A stretch of 63,938 bases of DNA, the filler included, from Octopus bimaculoides (taxonomy: Eukaryota), in the NCBI RefSeq assembly GCF_001194135.2. It is 7 parts of 7 records of this genome, joined end to end, with 100 filler letters (N's around TTAATTAATTAA, not from the genome) between each part and the next. Parts side by side here need not be neighbours in the genome. Positions count along the whole stretch, not along the records: positions 1 to 18,628 come from NC_068981.1; positions 18,729 to 28,791 come from NC_069002.1; 5 more parts are not named here. One strand, given 5' to 3'. The position numbers were made by a program, and so were the translations under genes. The notes under the pieces are model-generated. The model saw only the letters and a program-made list of their open reading frames with translations, made no database searches and was not told the origin of the DNA. How positions within the stretch are numbered: the stretch's first letter is position 1; the number at the start of each line of letters is the position of its first letter. Positions 12,448 to 25,128 of this stretch are shown here, piece by piece.

Positions 12448-12854
12448 GTTAGTATTTAGTAGAGATCCCAGAAGTTAAATGTACGAATACCGAGAGAAAG
12501 GGTGGTAGATCGATCAAATATATTTAAATGAGTTGTCCAAGGGGAAGCATGCTAGAAGCAGCTCTCACGTCATATCTTTCTCCCGTATTCACTCACTTCC
12601 TCTCACTTTCTTTCACTCTCTTTCACTCACACCCATCCACTCACTCTCTTACTAACTCGTTCCATTTTTCCTTTCCGCCCTTTCTCTCTTTCTCCCCAGT
12701 TCGATTGAACGAACGAAAGCGCTGTTAAAGAATTATCCAAAAATTCTGACTGCCTCCTCCTTCTTAATATGCAATATCTGTACACCACTTCNNNNNNNNN
12801 NNNNNNNNNNNNNNNNNNNNNNNNNNNNNNNNNNNNNNNNNNNNNNNNNNNNNN

Positions 12855-12886
<32 letters not shown>

Positions 12887-13613
12887 GCGCATACATACAT
12901 ACGTACGTACTGTTGTATAGTCAAACTGTACACCCCTACCGGTAAAAAGTGGTAGTAGCCAGCCATTATAAATAGACCAGTACCCGCGACAGGGAGGAGG
13001 TCAAGAAGGTTGAGAGTAAGTGCGACTGTGTTGATAGTCATGTCTGTGCTGATATAGTAATTATACTGTGATACTGAGTGGACGCTATATCGATCCAACC
13101 TTTGGAAGATAATAACACTGTACGAATGAGGGTCGTACGTGACTATAGACGCACAGGATGGAACCTTATGTGCGCGCTTGTGAATGTGTGCATGCGTGCG
13201 GGTACAAAATATGCGCATATTAGACGCGTTTTAACCTTATAGCTTTCTCACACTTTCTTCTGTATTTTTGCTTTAGCCCTATAATTTTTTTTTGCGTGCG
13301 TGTGTATGGGTGCGAGGTTGTTGAGTGCGTGTGTGTAGGGGTGTGTATGCGGGTATATATATGTATATGTACATATATGTATAGTGTTTGGCGAGTATAT
13401 GGGTGAGCATGTGTATGTTTCAGGTGAGGGTGGTTTAGTATATACATATACGGATTGGTGCGCTTACGCGAACACTATAGACCTTTTTACTCCCTTACTG
13501 TTACCCCCTCCCCTTACTTAGGGGTCTATAGCTCTTTTGTCTTAATAACGGTCAACCACACAGTAATTTCCCTTTGTTTAACGGTCATTTTTCACAGGAA
13601 TTTTCAATGGCCG

Positions 13614-13674
13614 GATAACCGAAGAAGTGTTGGCGTGGGTTCCCACCCCGGCATCCGAAACTCGGAGTTTTATC
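13614..13674 (+). ncRNA. hammerhead-like motif with U4>C change and GUU triplet
   Basis: Stem I GATAA/TTATC; core CCGAAGA; stem II TGTTGG..GTGG GTTC CCAC..CCGGCA; GAAA at 13657-13660; stem III ACTC-G-GAGT. Confidence 0.5.
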
Positions 13675-14430
13675 ATGGCTACCGAATAAGTGTCACATAT
13701 TTTTATAGATAAAACCTCTATTTACATAATATCGAGGTCTCTTTCCNNNNNNNNNNNNNNNNNNNNNNNNNNNNNNNNNNNNNNNNNNNNNNNNNNNNNN
13801 NNNNNNNNNNNNNNNNNNNNNNNNNNNNNNNNNNNNNNNNNNNNNNNNNNNNNNNNNNNNNNNNNNNNNNNNNNNNNNNNNNNNNNNNNNNNNNNNNNNN
13901 NNNNNNNNNNNNNNNNNNNNNNNNNNNNNNNNNNNNNNNNNNNNNNNNNNNNNNNNNNNNNNNNNNNNNNNNNNNNNNNNNNNNNNNNNNNNNNNNNNNN
14001 NNNNNNNNNNNNNNNNNNNNNNNNNNNNNNNNNNNNNNNNNNNNNNNNNNNNNNNNNNNNNNNNNNNNNNNNNNNNNNNNNNNNNNNNNNNNNNNNNNNN
14101 NNNNNNNNNNNNNNNNNNNNNNNNNNNNNNNNNNNNNNNNNNNNNNNNNNNNNNNNNNNNNNNNNNNNNNNNNNNNNNNNNNNNNNNNNNNNNNNNNNNN
14201 NNNNNNNNNNNNNNNNNNNNNNNNNNNNNNNNNNNNNNNNNNNNNNNNNNNNNNNNNNNNNNNNNNNNNNNNNNNNNNNNNNNNNNNNNNNNNNNNNNNN
14301 NNNNNNNNNNNNNNNNNNNNNNNNNNNNNNNNNNNNNNNNNNNNNNNNNNNNNNNNNNNNNNNNNNNNNNNNNNNNNNNNNNNNNNNNNNNNNNNNNNNN
14401 NNNNNNNNNNNNNNNNNNNNNNNNNNNNNN

Positions 14431-14473
<43 letters not shown>

Positions 14474-14557
14474 CATATATATAGATATGAAAAAGTGTAA
14501 TATATATATAAATATATATATATGTGTATGTGTGTGTGCGTGTGTGAGTGTGTGTGT

Positions 14558-14645
14558 ATGCAGCTGATGATGGCACTGCATTTAAATTGATGTAATGATT
14601 GCACTGTTCAAGAAAATAGAGCCGCTTGAAACGGTCGTACTGCAT
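14558..14645 (+). ncRNA. type I hammerhead motif, intact core, eroded stem II
   Basis: Stem I ATGCAG/CTGCAT (6 bp perfect); CTGATGA at 14564-14570; GAAA at 14628-14631; stem III ACG-GT-CGT; GUA triplet. In stem II only GGC/GCC is evident. Confidence 0.65.
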
Positions 14646-14776
14646 CATTGCTTGATAACCTGTTGCTTATTTTGATTATATATATATATATACATATATG
14701 CACGCGCGCGCGTATGTGTGTCCGTGTGCGCGTGCGCGTGCGTGTCTGTAATGACGAGTAGTGTTTGCGTACTCAC

Positions 14777-14908
14777 ATTCGTATATTCTTGTCTGTTCAA
14801 CAATTTTGTTGGCAGGTGCATTGGAAAGAGTGTTGGATACGGACCCAGTAACGGAAGAAGAGACGCAACGCGAATTCTTGACAGCAATGGATGGGCAGGT
14901 AATGGGCG
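14777..14908 (-). CDS. candidate internal exon (132 nt) of an unidentified host gene
   Basis: Minus-strand acceptor TTCCATTTCCTTTCAG and donor AAT|GTGAGTA. Length is divisible by 3, two frames are open (xPITCPSIAVKNSRCVSSSVTGSVSNTLSNAPANKIVEQTRIYE or RPLPAHPLLSRIRVASLL...), and the sequence is non-repetitive. Confidence 0.4.
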
Positions 14909-15074
14909 CTGAAAGGAAATGGAATCTCTTGGTATTTAACTTCCATTCACCTAGACCACCATTAACTACGCTCATCTTAGCAAAAAGGTTCATGTTTCTA
15001 ATTTGAAGATATTCACTTCCTATTTCTTTATCGTTCCCCCCTCTCTCTGTCTCTGTCTGTCTGTCTCTGGCTTG

Positions 15075-15107
<33 letters not shown>

Positions 15108-15185
15108 TGCTATTCATCGTCACAATACTTCCATCTCTCTTTGTCTTTATTGCTATCGGTTTTGCTCTTTTACTCTTTTACTTGT

Positions 15186-15374
15186 TTTCAGTCATTTGAC
15201 TGCGGCCATGCTGGAGCACCGCCTTTAGTCGAGTAAATCGACCCCGGGACTTATTCTTTGCAAGCCTAGTACTTATTCTATCGGGTTCTTTTGCCGAACC
15301 GCTAAGTAATGGGGACATAAACACACCAGCATCGGTTGTCAAGCAATGCTAAGGGGACAAACACAGACACACAA

Positions 15375-15421
<47 letters not shown>

Positions 15422-15624
15422 GATAAATACTTTATAAGAATTTATCAAACAGTTAGCGTATTCGACGGGCTTCTTTCAGTTTCCGTCTACCAAATCCACT
15501 CACAAGGTTTTGGTCGGCCTGAGGCTATAGTAGAAGACACTTGCCCAAGATGCCACGCAGTGGGACTGAACCCGGAACCATGTGGTTGGTAAGCAAGCGA
15601 CTTACCACACAGCCACTCCTGCGC
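15186..15624 (-). mobile_element. SINE family A, full length
   Basis: Complete reverse complement of the 34-412 architecture (3' domain, CA/TA spacer, head ending ACCACACAGCCACTCCTGCGC). Confidence 0.85.
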
Positions 15625-15676
15625 GGTTTTTAATATGTTCTAAACTCCAATATTTTCTTGTTGATAATTTTATCTA

Positions 15677-15710
<34 letters not shown>

Positions 15711-15712
<2 letters not shown>

Positions 15713-15915
15713 CCTTTCTACTATAGGCACAAGGCCTGAAATTTTAGGGGAGGGATAAGTCGATTACATCGACCCCTGTTACTTAATTCATCGACCCCGA
15801 AATGATGAAAGGCAAAGTCGACCTCGACGGAATTTGAACTCAGAACGTAGCGACAGACGAAATACCGCTAAGCATTTCGCCCGGCGTGCTAACAATTCTG
15901 CCAGTTCGCCGCCTT
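15711..15915 (-). mobile_element. tRNA-derived SINE family B with (ATT)n tail
   Basis: Minus strand reads AAGGCGGCGAACTGGCAGAATTGTTAGC (A-box-like)...CTGAGTTCAAATTCC (B-box-like)...GGCCTTGTGCCTATAGTAGAAAGGATT(ATT)n. Confidence 0.8.
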
Positions 15916-16233
15916 TTGTTGTGGTGTTAGTAATAATAGTTATAACAATAACAACAACAAGAATAAAAGTTAGAATAAGAATATCAATAACAAGGACAAC
16001 AACAATAAGAACAACACTGATAATAATAATAATGATTGTTGGTGTTATAACAGATATTACACGAGTATTTCTTCTAAATGCGTCGAAAGTGATAAATGTT
16101 CTCTAAGCTTGCGATAAGAAAACACTGAAGAATTTATGAAGTAACAGATTTTATTAAATCCTGCGCATTTCATATATGATATCAGGGATCTTTCTTCGTC
16201 TGTTTCAAATAATTCGCGTATGATATGCTTTAT

Positions 16234-16294
<61 letters not shown>

Positions 16295-16353
16295 NNNNNN
16301 NNNNNNNNNNNNNNNNNNNNNNNNNNNNNNNNNNNNNNNNNNNNNNNNNNNNN

Positions 16354-16392
<39 letters not shown>

Positions 16393-17007
16393 AAAGATTT
16401 AGATTTAGATTCAAAATTGAATATGGTACTTATGTTTAGGCACCAGAATATAGTATGATATCCAAAAACCATTCTAAAAGCAAGGTGATCAAAAAATCAA
16501 AATAAGCAACACGGATTTTAAAGATGATTGCAGTAAGCACGTTTCATGCTACTCCATTTATTTAAGTAATGCGAGCATTACTTAATCATCTTTAAAATCC
16601 GTGTTGCTTATTTTGATTATATATATATTTATGTATATATATATGTATATATATATATGTATACTCTACTACTATTACTATCACTTCCCTGTCTATCTCT
16701 CTCCCTCTCTTTTTTTTCATTCTTTCTGTTTTTCTCTCCTAACCCTCCTCTATTCTTCTCTTCCTTTCACCGTTCCCTCTCTCTCTCACTCCTCCTCCTT
16801 GACCCTCTCGTCGCTGACACGTGACGAAAGGGATTCTTTCTTTCTACTTCCTGCCTTCCTATAGGGAAGACGTGAATTTTTTTGTCTCTCATTCACATCT
16901 AACTTCGCGTTTAAAATAATAATTTTTCTATCGTTTTGTGTTCTCACTGTCCTGTTCTTGTTTACACTTTCACCCTCCGCAAAAAATTCCAAATTTAATT
17001 AATTTAC

Positions 17008-17084
17008 TTTGCGAGAAGGACTGTTCCAACGAAGCCGCGTATTGTCCTTGCCTTCGCACCGCGGAGTAGATGGAACAGGGACAA
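17008..17084 (-). CDS. weak candidate exon (77 nt)
   Basis: Acceptor ATTTCCCTTCTTCAG, donor AAA|GTAAAT. All three frames are open and the sequence is CpG-rich and unique. Confidence 0.2.
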
Positions 17085-17461
17085 CTGAAGAAGGGAAATA
17101 TCCTTTATGTTGCATGTCCCGTTTCTCAGTTTGTTTTTTTCGTTGTTCGAAAAAAAGTTCGATTTCTGTCTTCGTCTTTATGTTTTCGTTTCTCATTGTG
17201 TTTAACGATTTTTGTGATGTTCTGTACCCATATATGCATGTATGTATACATATAGATGTAGGTATGTACATATACGTATGGATATATGTATATATTTATA
17301 TATTATTTATGTCATTATATATATGTATGTATATATATATATATTTATTTATTTATTTCTGCATAATATATATAAATATATATGCATACACACACACACA
17401 CACAGGGGAATATATGTGTATGTATATACGCGCGCGCGCACACACATATACACATACGCAC

Positions 17462-17640
17462 GTAGAGGTACATGGCTTAGTGGCTAGGTTGTTGCAATCA
17501 GGATCGTAAGATTGTGATTTCAATTGCTTGACCGAGCGCTGCTTTGTACTCTTGAGCAAAACACCTCATTTTACGTTGCACCAGTCCGCCTAGTTGCCAA
17601 ATTGAGCAATTTTGTGACGAGCCGGCAACCCGTCCAGTAA
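17462..17640 (+). mobile_element. tRNA-derived SINE family C, diverged copy
   Basis: ATGGCTTAGTGGCTAGG..GATCGTAAGATTGTGATTTCAATT..CTTGAGCAAAACAC..TTTACGTTGCACCAGTCC matches 27060-27200. Confidence 0.65.
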
Positions 17641-18086
17641 GAAGGACTTTTGAGTCTTTTATCTTTTTTCTCATATACACACATACATATGTACACGCAC
17701 GCGCGCACAAGTTTCCTTTACAGCTGTATTTGCTAATGTTGTGTTTGCGTGTGTGTATTATATCATGCGTGTGGGCATGAAGGAGAGAGAAAGAGAAACA
17801 CAGAGAGACAGGGTGACAGTAACAGACAGACGGAGACTCTATGTGTTTGTGTGTGTGTGTGCGTGTGTGTGGGGGTGTGGGTGTGTTTATGCACCTGTGA
17901 ATGTATACGTATGCAAGAGATCTTATTTATTAGTATACCAGCAAGTTTATATACATTTATCTATGTCTATGTTTATATTTGTTTATTAGAAACTTATGTA
18001 TATCTACTAAATTCTTGCTAACTAAACTTCTGTATATGTATCTATATATATGTGAGTATGAGTGGGCTTATATATATATGTGCATC

Positions 18087-18129
<43 letters not shown>

Positions 18130-18628
18130 TGTTTGTTGATTTAGATATCGACTTAGTGGCCTGCATATTTATGTAATGCCTAAGTACGTTTGCGTGTGTG
18201 CGTGAAAGTATATGAGTGATGTTTGTGAACAGATGAGTTGATAATGAAACGTAAGGTGTACAGCAGTGTCCTTCTTAAATCTACAGATGACGTGTTTGTC
18301 GTTTTAGGTGTGCCAGCAAATTTTATTCGCACCTCTGTGTATATAATTCATTATGCACATATCTATGTACGCATACACCCAGACACTTCCTCTCTCTTCA
18401 CTTCTATCACCTTCTCCCTTCCACTCTCTTCCTTCATCGTCACCCCTCCCTCGTTACCTCACCCCTACACATTCCAATCCCACCATCCCTATACATCCCA
18501 TCCCTTAGACCCCCTACCTTTTCTTCCCCACTCTCGCCTCCCCCACACTCCAGCACCACGACACCACACGACACACCACCACACCACACGACACACCACC
18601 ACACCATCACATCACATACCACCACACC

Positions 18629-18728
18629 NNNNNNNNNNNNNNNNNNNNNNNNNNNNNNNNNNNNNNNNNNNNTTAATTAATTAANNNNNNNNNNNNNNNN
18701 NNNNNNNNNNNNNNNNNNNNNNNNNNNN
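18629..18728. other. artificial 100-nt assembly spacer N44-TTAATTAATTAA-N44 (also at 28836, 32589, 46889, 52432, 62446)
   Basis: The same palindromic 12-mer with six-frame stops is centred in N runs six times. Confidence 0.9.
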
Positions 18729-19803
18729 ATAAATGGAACAAAAACGCAATAGAGGACATTAAAACATTCAGACAAATATATATATATATATATATATTAA
18801 CATATATAGTTTAATAATATCTTAATAATAACTTGAACTTCATGCTTAATACGTAGATTAGCTAACACCAAGAGATTTACTGCACTTCATTAATAACCAT
18901 TATTTTACTCTCGTTAGTTAAATCACTTTAATAGTTCATCTGTTATTAGATAAGACCAATATGGCCGAAATAATATCCATAACATCAAGCCTAATATTAG
19001 GTGATTATATAAGCGTGTGTGTGTATGCATGTATGTATGTATGTATGTATGCATGTACGTATGTATTATGTATGTATGTGTATGTGTATTTGGATGTGTG
19101 TGTCTTTGCGCACAATAAGCAAAAACTAATAATTCAGTTTTGTTGCCAAAATAATTAGTCTAGGAATGGCGTAATTGTGTTAATCGTAACCAATTTCTTT
19201 AAATTAATTGTTGTTAATTACCGCAACTAATTATTAAACCCACATCAAAATGGTTTAGATTCATTTCAGTTTTTATTTTGTTATTAATTCTCAACATGTT
19301 TTTAATACTGGTTTTAGTCACTGATTTGTGGTTATATGGAAAGGGGCACCACTATCGATCCCAGTACTTTTTCAGTCTTCTGTTTGTTTTATCGATATCT
19401 ATTTATCGGACGGCTTGTTACATTTTTTTTACATAAGTGAGACAACTTGATTCACCATTTTACACCGTTAAACACACAACAGACTTCCATAGTCTGTGTC
19501 GGCCAAATTTCATTCACTAAGCAATAGTCAGCCCGAAATTTCAATAGAAGACACTTACACGAGGTAGGAAAGAAACCAGGACCGCTTGTTAAACTGAAAC
19601 TTTTCGGGATACGTCGTGAGATCTTTTTTAAGAAGCCCATAACCCAGCTTTCACTGATGAAGCTGTGCTTACTCATAAGAATCGTTTAGAATTATTCAGC
19701 TGAGTTAGACTTGGCTTCTATAATCTGACTCCAAACTGAATATTCTTACCATCATCATCAACATCATCATCCCAGTCATGTTTGATAACGTTGCGTAAGA
19801 TAA

Positions 19804-22063
19804 CACCGGTCAACACATGTTTTTTTGACCCATGGTTTATCAACAGTTTTTAGCTAATTTGGGGTGCTGAATCCAAATCTGGCATCAGATTTTTGTTTAT
19901 CACATCATATTTTTTAGATTCTTTTAGTTTTGCTAGAAGCAGCTATTTAATGCTCGTAAAGGATGGGTTAAACATACGTAGATGCAATATGTCTTTTCTT
20001 TTTTCTAATCTAATAAATCAAAACACAAAGTTGTGGAAGTAACTGCACATTAGCTTGTAAGACTTAAGCTTGATGATAATAAAATATAGATACAAAATCT
20101 CTATTCATTGCGGTCATTCATTCTAATCCTGTTATTACTGCAAGAACTTTCTCTTTTTTGATCATCTCTTGTCCACAGCTTCTGAAATGTCTCTTACCAA
20201 GCTCCAGCAGTAATCTACTATCATGTAGATAGTAGATTACTATCAATAATCTACTATCATACCTTGGTAGCGTTCTTCCATTATTTTTACATCTTGATGA
20301 AAGCGTTCACCTTGTTCTTCGCCTACATCACCCGGATTCTCTGGAAACTCACCTAAGTGACTGTGTAAGTGGTGCTATTTAATGCTCATTCTACATCCAA
20401 GTGTTTTCAAACTCAAGAGCAGCTCTTCCACAATCTCTTGATAGTTGTCAGCTTTGCTGTTCCCAAGGGAATTCCACAGCACATCAGAGAAGGCATTCCT
20501 GGCTCAATCCTCCACCGCACTCGTTGTAACAAAATGTGAATTCCTGAGGAATTTTCTTATTTGCGGTCTATCAAATATTCCAACCTTCTCGACACTGAGA
20601 CTTGGAAAGGTTGTACATCTGAAGCAGTCCTCACTGCGATCAAGAGTTTTGAAAAATTGCTTCATCACACCAAGTTATATGTGCAGTGGGAGAAAGACGA
20701 TGTTTTTCCTCTCAACCAGAGGGTCATTAATGATGTTCTAGTCACCCGGCGTCACACTTTCTTGGGGGCCATTCTTTTTTTCCCCCAGTGATCTTTGTAG
20801 CTCTACTGTCCCAGTAGCACAGGAAACAAGGGTACTCCTTGCTGACCCAGTAGAAGGTTTACCATTTTAAAATCAACACAATGAACATGATATTGCGACC
20901 TCTCCGGAACAATCTTGATGTTGGCATACTCCTCTTTCATTTTTATATTTTCCTATTGGTATTGAGCAATACAAATTCCCGTTGTGAAGTAAAACACATT
21001 TCAAGCTGCTTTTAGAGCTGTCAATAAAAAAGTTTCCACTCAAATGAATCATATACTGGCAGTTCCATATTGAGAAGAAGCCCTTCAGCATCACTACAAT
21101 TAACAAGTTGACCATCTGAATGGAAGAACTTCCACAGTTTTGCTTCTCCGTTACGATTAAAGGAAACACAAGTGCCAGACTTCAGCAGTCTTTTCTCTGG
21201 GAGCCTGTAAGCCAACATCGGCAAATACAAATCCTTAACTAGATCATTCAATTCAGGCTGATTAAACAGAAAAAATTATCACAGTCTGTATCAGAGGATA
21301 TAAACCGATCATCTTCATCAGTAGTGGGCGAATTTAGGGCTTCATTACGAATCTATGACAGCTCAATAAATACAGGCACAGGTATTTTCTCAATAAATAC
21401 AGGCAACCGGTCGACGGAATATCTGGGTACTGCAAGTGTCGTTTGGTTTTCGTATTGAACCCTTTTGCATCATCAAGGCAGAAGTAGCTGTTATCCGCAT
21501 GGATTGTTGGTTCTCTCCAAACCATTGGCACACCAAACTTCAGTTTCGCATTCTTTCCTTCAGACCATTATCCGAAAGTTTCAACACAAGTTTTGCAAAC
21601 ATTGTGGAGAGCTCAGGTTTTGTCCTGGTCCCCAAGTGCTGCTTTAAACTAAGCAAGATACACCTTTTTGATAAAGTTATTAATGTTGCGCCTTTGAGCC
21701 TGTGGAGTGAAGTTTCCACAGATGTAAGAGAAGATGTCAGGGTCTTCCTTCGTTTTGATGTTGTATCCATCATAGTGATTCAGTTCGAACCTCAAAAAAA
21801 GAGAAAAGGGTTTTAAAGTAAATACTCAGCCTGAACATATTATTCAAAATTAGCATGACAATCCAGCCAAAATTCCCGCAAATAGTGGTGTAAAGTTGAC
21901 TTTTAGTATGATCCAGGTAAATAAAGGTATATATCGATTACTCAAAAATGTGATGTGATAGAGCAAATATGAGGTCAGTTTTAGAATCAGCACCCAAAAG
22001 TTAGTCTAAAACAGCTCCAAGATTTTATACCAGAGAATAAAATATTTATTTTGGTGGCCAGTG
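19804..22063 (-). mobile_element. near full-length decayed DNA transposon with imperfect TIRs (zinc-finger N-terminus, GERFHQD C-terminus family)
   Basis: The minus strand gives DPDIFSYICG..LGDQDKT*ALHNVCKTCVE, PMVWREP..YFCL, LNDLVKDL, PLHI*LGVMKQF, GIFDRPQIRK and GCRMSIK*HHLHSHLGEFPENPGDVGEEQGERFHQD. Ends CACCGGTCAAC / GGTGGCCAGTG|TA, plus about 65 bp of inner inverted similarity (GGGTGCTGAATCC..TATCACATCA). Confidence 0.85.
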
Positions 22064-22329
22064 TAGTGTATGATAATGCTTGATAATGTTCTGCTTTGTA
22101 AGCTGGTGCATAATTCGGTTCTGTTATGTGCCATAAGGTTCTATTGTTTTAGATTACGTATGATAATGTTCTGTTGTATAAGTTCACGTATAATTATGTC
22201 TTATGTTCTCTTGTATATGACAGTGTATTCCTAGACATTGCTGTCTCTGTTGACCATACAAATCTCGCCCTATTCATCTCCGATCCTTTTTAAACCCACT
22301 GACTTTCCCTCCGACCTTAATGCACTTCC

Positions 22330-23115
22330 CTCCCACTCACACCGAGTATAACAACTCGATTCACACTTCATCCGTCTTCGCCGCCTCTATAGCCACAACT
22401 ATGACTGAGGTACAAGCTCAACACATGGTCAGACTATTCACTCGTCGCAGCTACCCACCCATCCTTATTCAAAACCGCCCTCTCCTGCGTCCGTGTCGTG
22501 AGCCGTACTTCTGCCTTTAAATCTGAGTCCACTCACCCGGGTAGCATATCTCTTTACCCCTTATCTATCACCTATTCAGTTTGCCTTTACAGCGTATGGT
22601 TTTTCACCTCTTCCGCCGCCTACAACCTAATCTTGTCACTTCTCGTTTCTTCTCTCTCCTACTCTTTACCCCTCTAAATGTGCCCGCGACATACACAGCC
22701 TCCTTGCTCACAGTTCCTCGTACCCAACACAGTTTCTTTACCTACACCTGTCCTCACTACCACACTCCTTACAGCACCACTACTCTCATCGTCCCGAGAG
22801 CCATCACTCCTTCCACGTTAAGGGTTCTTTCCTTAGCACCACTAACCACTTCATTCATGCGCTTCAGTATTCCCTGTCATTCGATTTACATCTGGCCGGC
22901 GACTATCCGACAGGTTCGCTAAAATACCTAAGAAACATCTCATTTGGTAACGAGTCGCCTGTCGCTTGGCATTTCCACTCTTCTGACTAATCCACCCAAC
23001 ACCTCTCTATCTTTGGCTTCTCCACCAACGCTTGTTCTCCTGACCTTCGCTTAAAGAGGGAACACGGTCTCATCTTCTTTCTAAAAACTTACATACCTTT
23101 CAGCTTAAATTCCCA
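22330..23115 (+). mobile_element. Penelope-like element relic: RT C-terminus plus GIY-YIG endonuclease
   Basis: EVQAQHMVRLFTRRSYPPILIQN (PLE thumb-like), followed across frameshifts by HSFHVKGSFLST, CHSIYI, YLRNISFGNESPVAWHFHS and LRLKREHGLIFFLKTYIPF. Confidence 0.7.
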
Positions 23116-23869
23116 ACATGACTTTATACCAAATCTGTCCTTCTACATATCACTCTGCCTGCTCCAGCATCCCACATTTACACCTCTCTCCTTTCCTCTC
23201 TTCTCTTTTCTCTAGAATCCAACCTGCACTCTGTCCTATGCCGTCCTCATCCATCCAAATCACTTCCCTCCACCATCCACACCATACCTCTTCCCTCACA
23301 CTTACACATACAGACATACTTTTTGTCTATACACGCTTATGCGTACATACGCGCGCAGGTACAAGCATCTACACTGGCATTTTCACGCCCACTCACATTC
23401 ATACATTGGCCATAGTTGTCCTGATATGCTCTCTTGAATCCCTCACTTCTCTCTATCCTTCAACTCATGTCAGTAGCAGTCAAGCAAGTAACTTGATCTC
23501 TGCTGGCTTGCCACCTTTTAACACCCACCCATACCACTGCGCATACACATTGTAGCCTCTTACCTTCTCACCCTTGCCTTCCACTCTTTAAAAATGAACA
23601 CTTTTGTTTACTTCCGTCGTCGATTTTCCATCATCCGCGTAGCACTTGTGAACCACCTTCTGCCATGTACCCGATTTCAATTTCTGCCATTTGCCCTATT
23701 TCACCTTTTTGGACTTTTTCTACCGCTGACTTTAAAATGCGTAACTTATCTTATTTCTAAAGAAAACAACTTGTTAGAGCGCAAATGGATAGCACTTCAG
23801 TTGTTAAAACTGCTGGTTTGCTTAATGTTTTGGGAGATACAATATCTACAATAATGTTGGTATTCCGGA

Positions 23870-24760
23870 ACCAAAGTAAATCAGCTCTGGCAAGCAAAAT
23901 TCTGGACGGAAGGCAAAACTCACAGAGAGGGATAGCTTAGTAGTGAATCGTATTGTGTCTAAAAGCCATCAAACTAATCCAGCAAAAGTAGCAGCAGAGC
24001 TTCATTATCACCTTGCTAACCCTTTGTTATCTAAAACTGTTTGATGTGAGCACTATAAAGCTGGAAACCATGAAGAGGAAGCAGTTGCTAAACTTCTCTT
24101 GTCGCTCAGCAGCATTGATATTCGGAAAAGGTAGTTTCTAGACTATCAGAAGTGGTCAATGGTTCAATAGAACAATGTCATCTTCTTTGATGAATCATCA
24201 TCTGCCCTCTTTCCTAGAGGGAGGTGAGTTTATGTCTGAAGACAACCCAAAGAAGTTTGGCTCCTACCGTGGGGCATGAAGGTGAATTTTTGATGATTTG
24301 GGCACCATATAGAATTCTCTTGGCTCTTTTGGTTGTTCTCCGTAGCATGACCATACCTATCTTATGGCCCAAACATTGTTCCCTGATGTTAGCGCAATCT
24401 TCAAGGAGGATAATGCACCGATTCACATGGCTAACGTTATTAAAAAACTGGTATCATGGGTACAAAACTAAAGTAGACCTCTTGAACTGATTCCCAACAA
24501 TCACCAGATCTCAGTGTAACTGAACATTTATGGTGCATTTTAGAATAGTAGTGTGAAGCCGCCTCCCTCCGCCATCATCGCCGAAAGAATCAAAGCAGAT
24601 TTTACTGGAAGAATGGCTCAAAGTTTCACTAACGACCGCTCAAAACATGTATGAGTCAAACCTATGAGAACTGTGATTTATACCAAAAGTGAACTAACTC
24701 CGTATTGAATAATAAAACAGTTCTTTCACGAGGTATTTTATAATTTTTCAATCACCTTTT
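23870..24760 (+). mobile_element. Tc1-family transposase relic
   Basis: GRKAKLTERD..RIVSK..PAKVAAEL (HTH-region-like), IFFDES, IFKEDNAPIHMA and SPDLSVTEHLW give the three catalytic motifs of a Tc1-type DDE enzyme, with many stops and frameshifts. Confidence 0.8.
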
Positions 24761-25128
24761 TTATATACCATTAGCGACAGATTTTTCTAAGTATGCGGTC
24801 AGCAGTTGGTACACGTTACTGACAAAGTCCAATAAAGACAGAGACGCACAACTAGCATTCTTACCGCTGCTGTTGCACGATTTTCGTCTACTCTTGAAAT
24901 ACTTTTGCTTTTAGACTCACTACGTCCATAAGAGAAATTTTCTCCGAACGAATGCCACAGTTAATTTACTTTTCGCGATGTTTCTGTATTAAATATAATA
25001 CACAAAGAGGTACTTTAATATGATACTGATTTGTTACGCGCGCGCGCATATGTGTGTGTGTAATAATAAATGCGAAAGCGAATGTTTGTGTGTCAGTGTG
25101 TTACACTTTTTCAACTTTACTCCTCCGA

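Noticed and set aside
12911-13155. Possible solo LTR (TGT..ACA with TATAGTC/GACTATA inverted ends and a TATA-like word)
   Set aside because: No TSD, PBS/PPT or second copy in the window.
18673-18684. TTAATTAATTAA repeated six times inside N runs
   Set aside because: It is a standardised 100-nt artificial spacer with six-frame stops, not biology. Adjacency across these spacers is uncertain.
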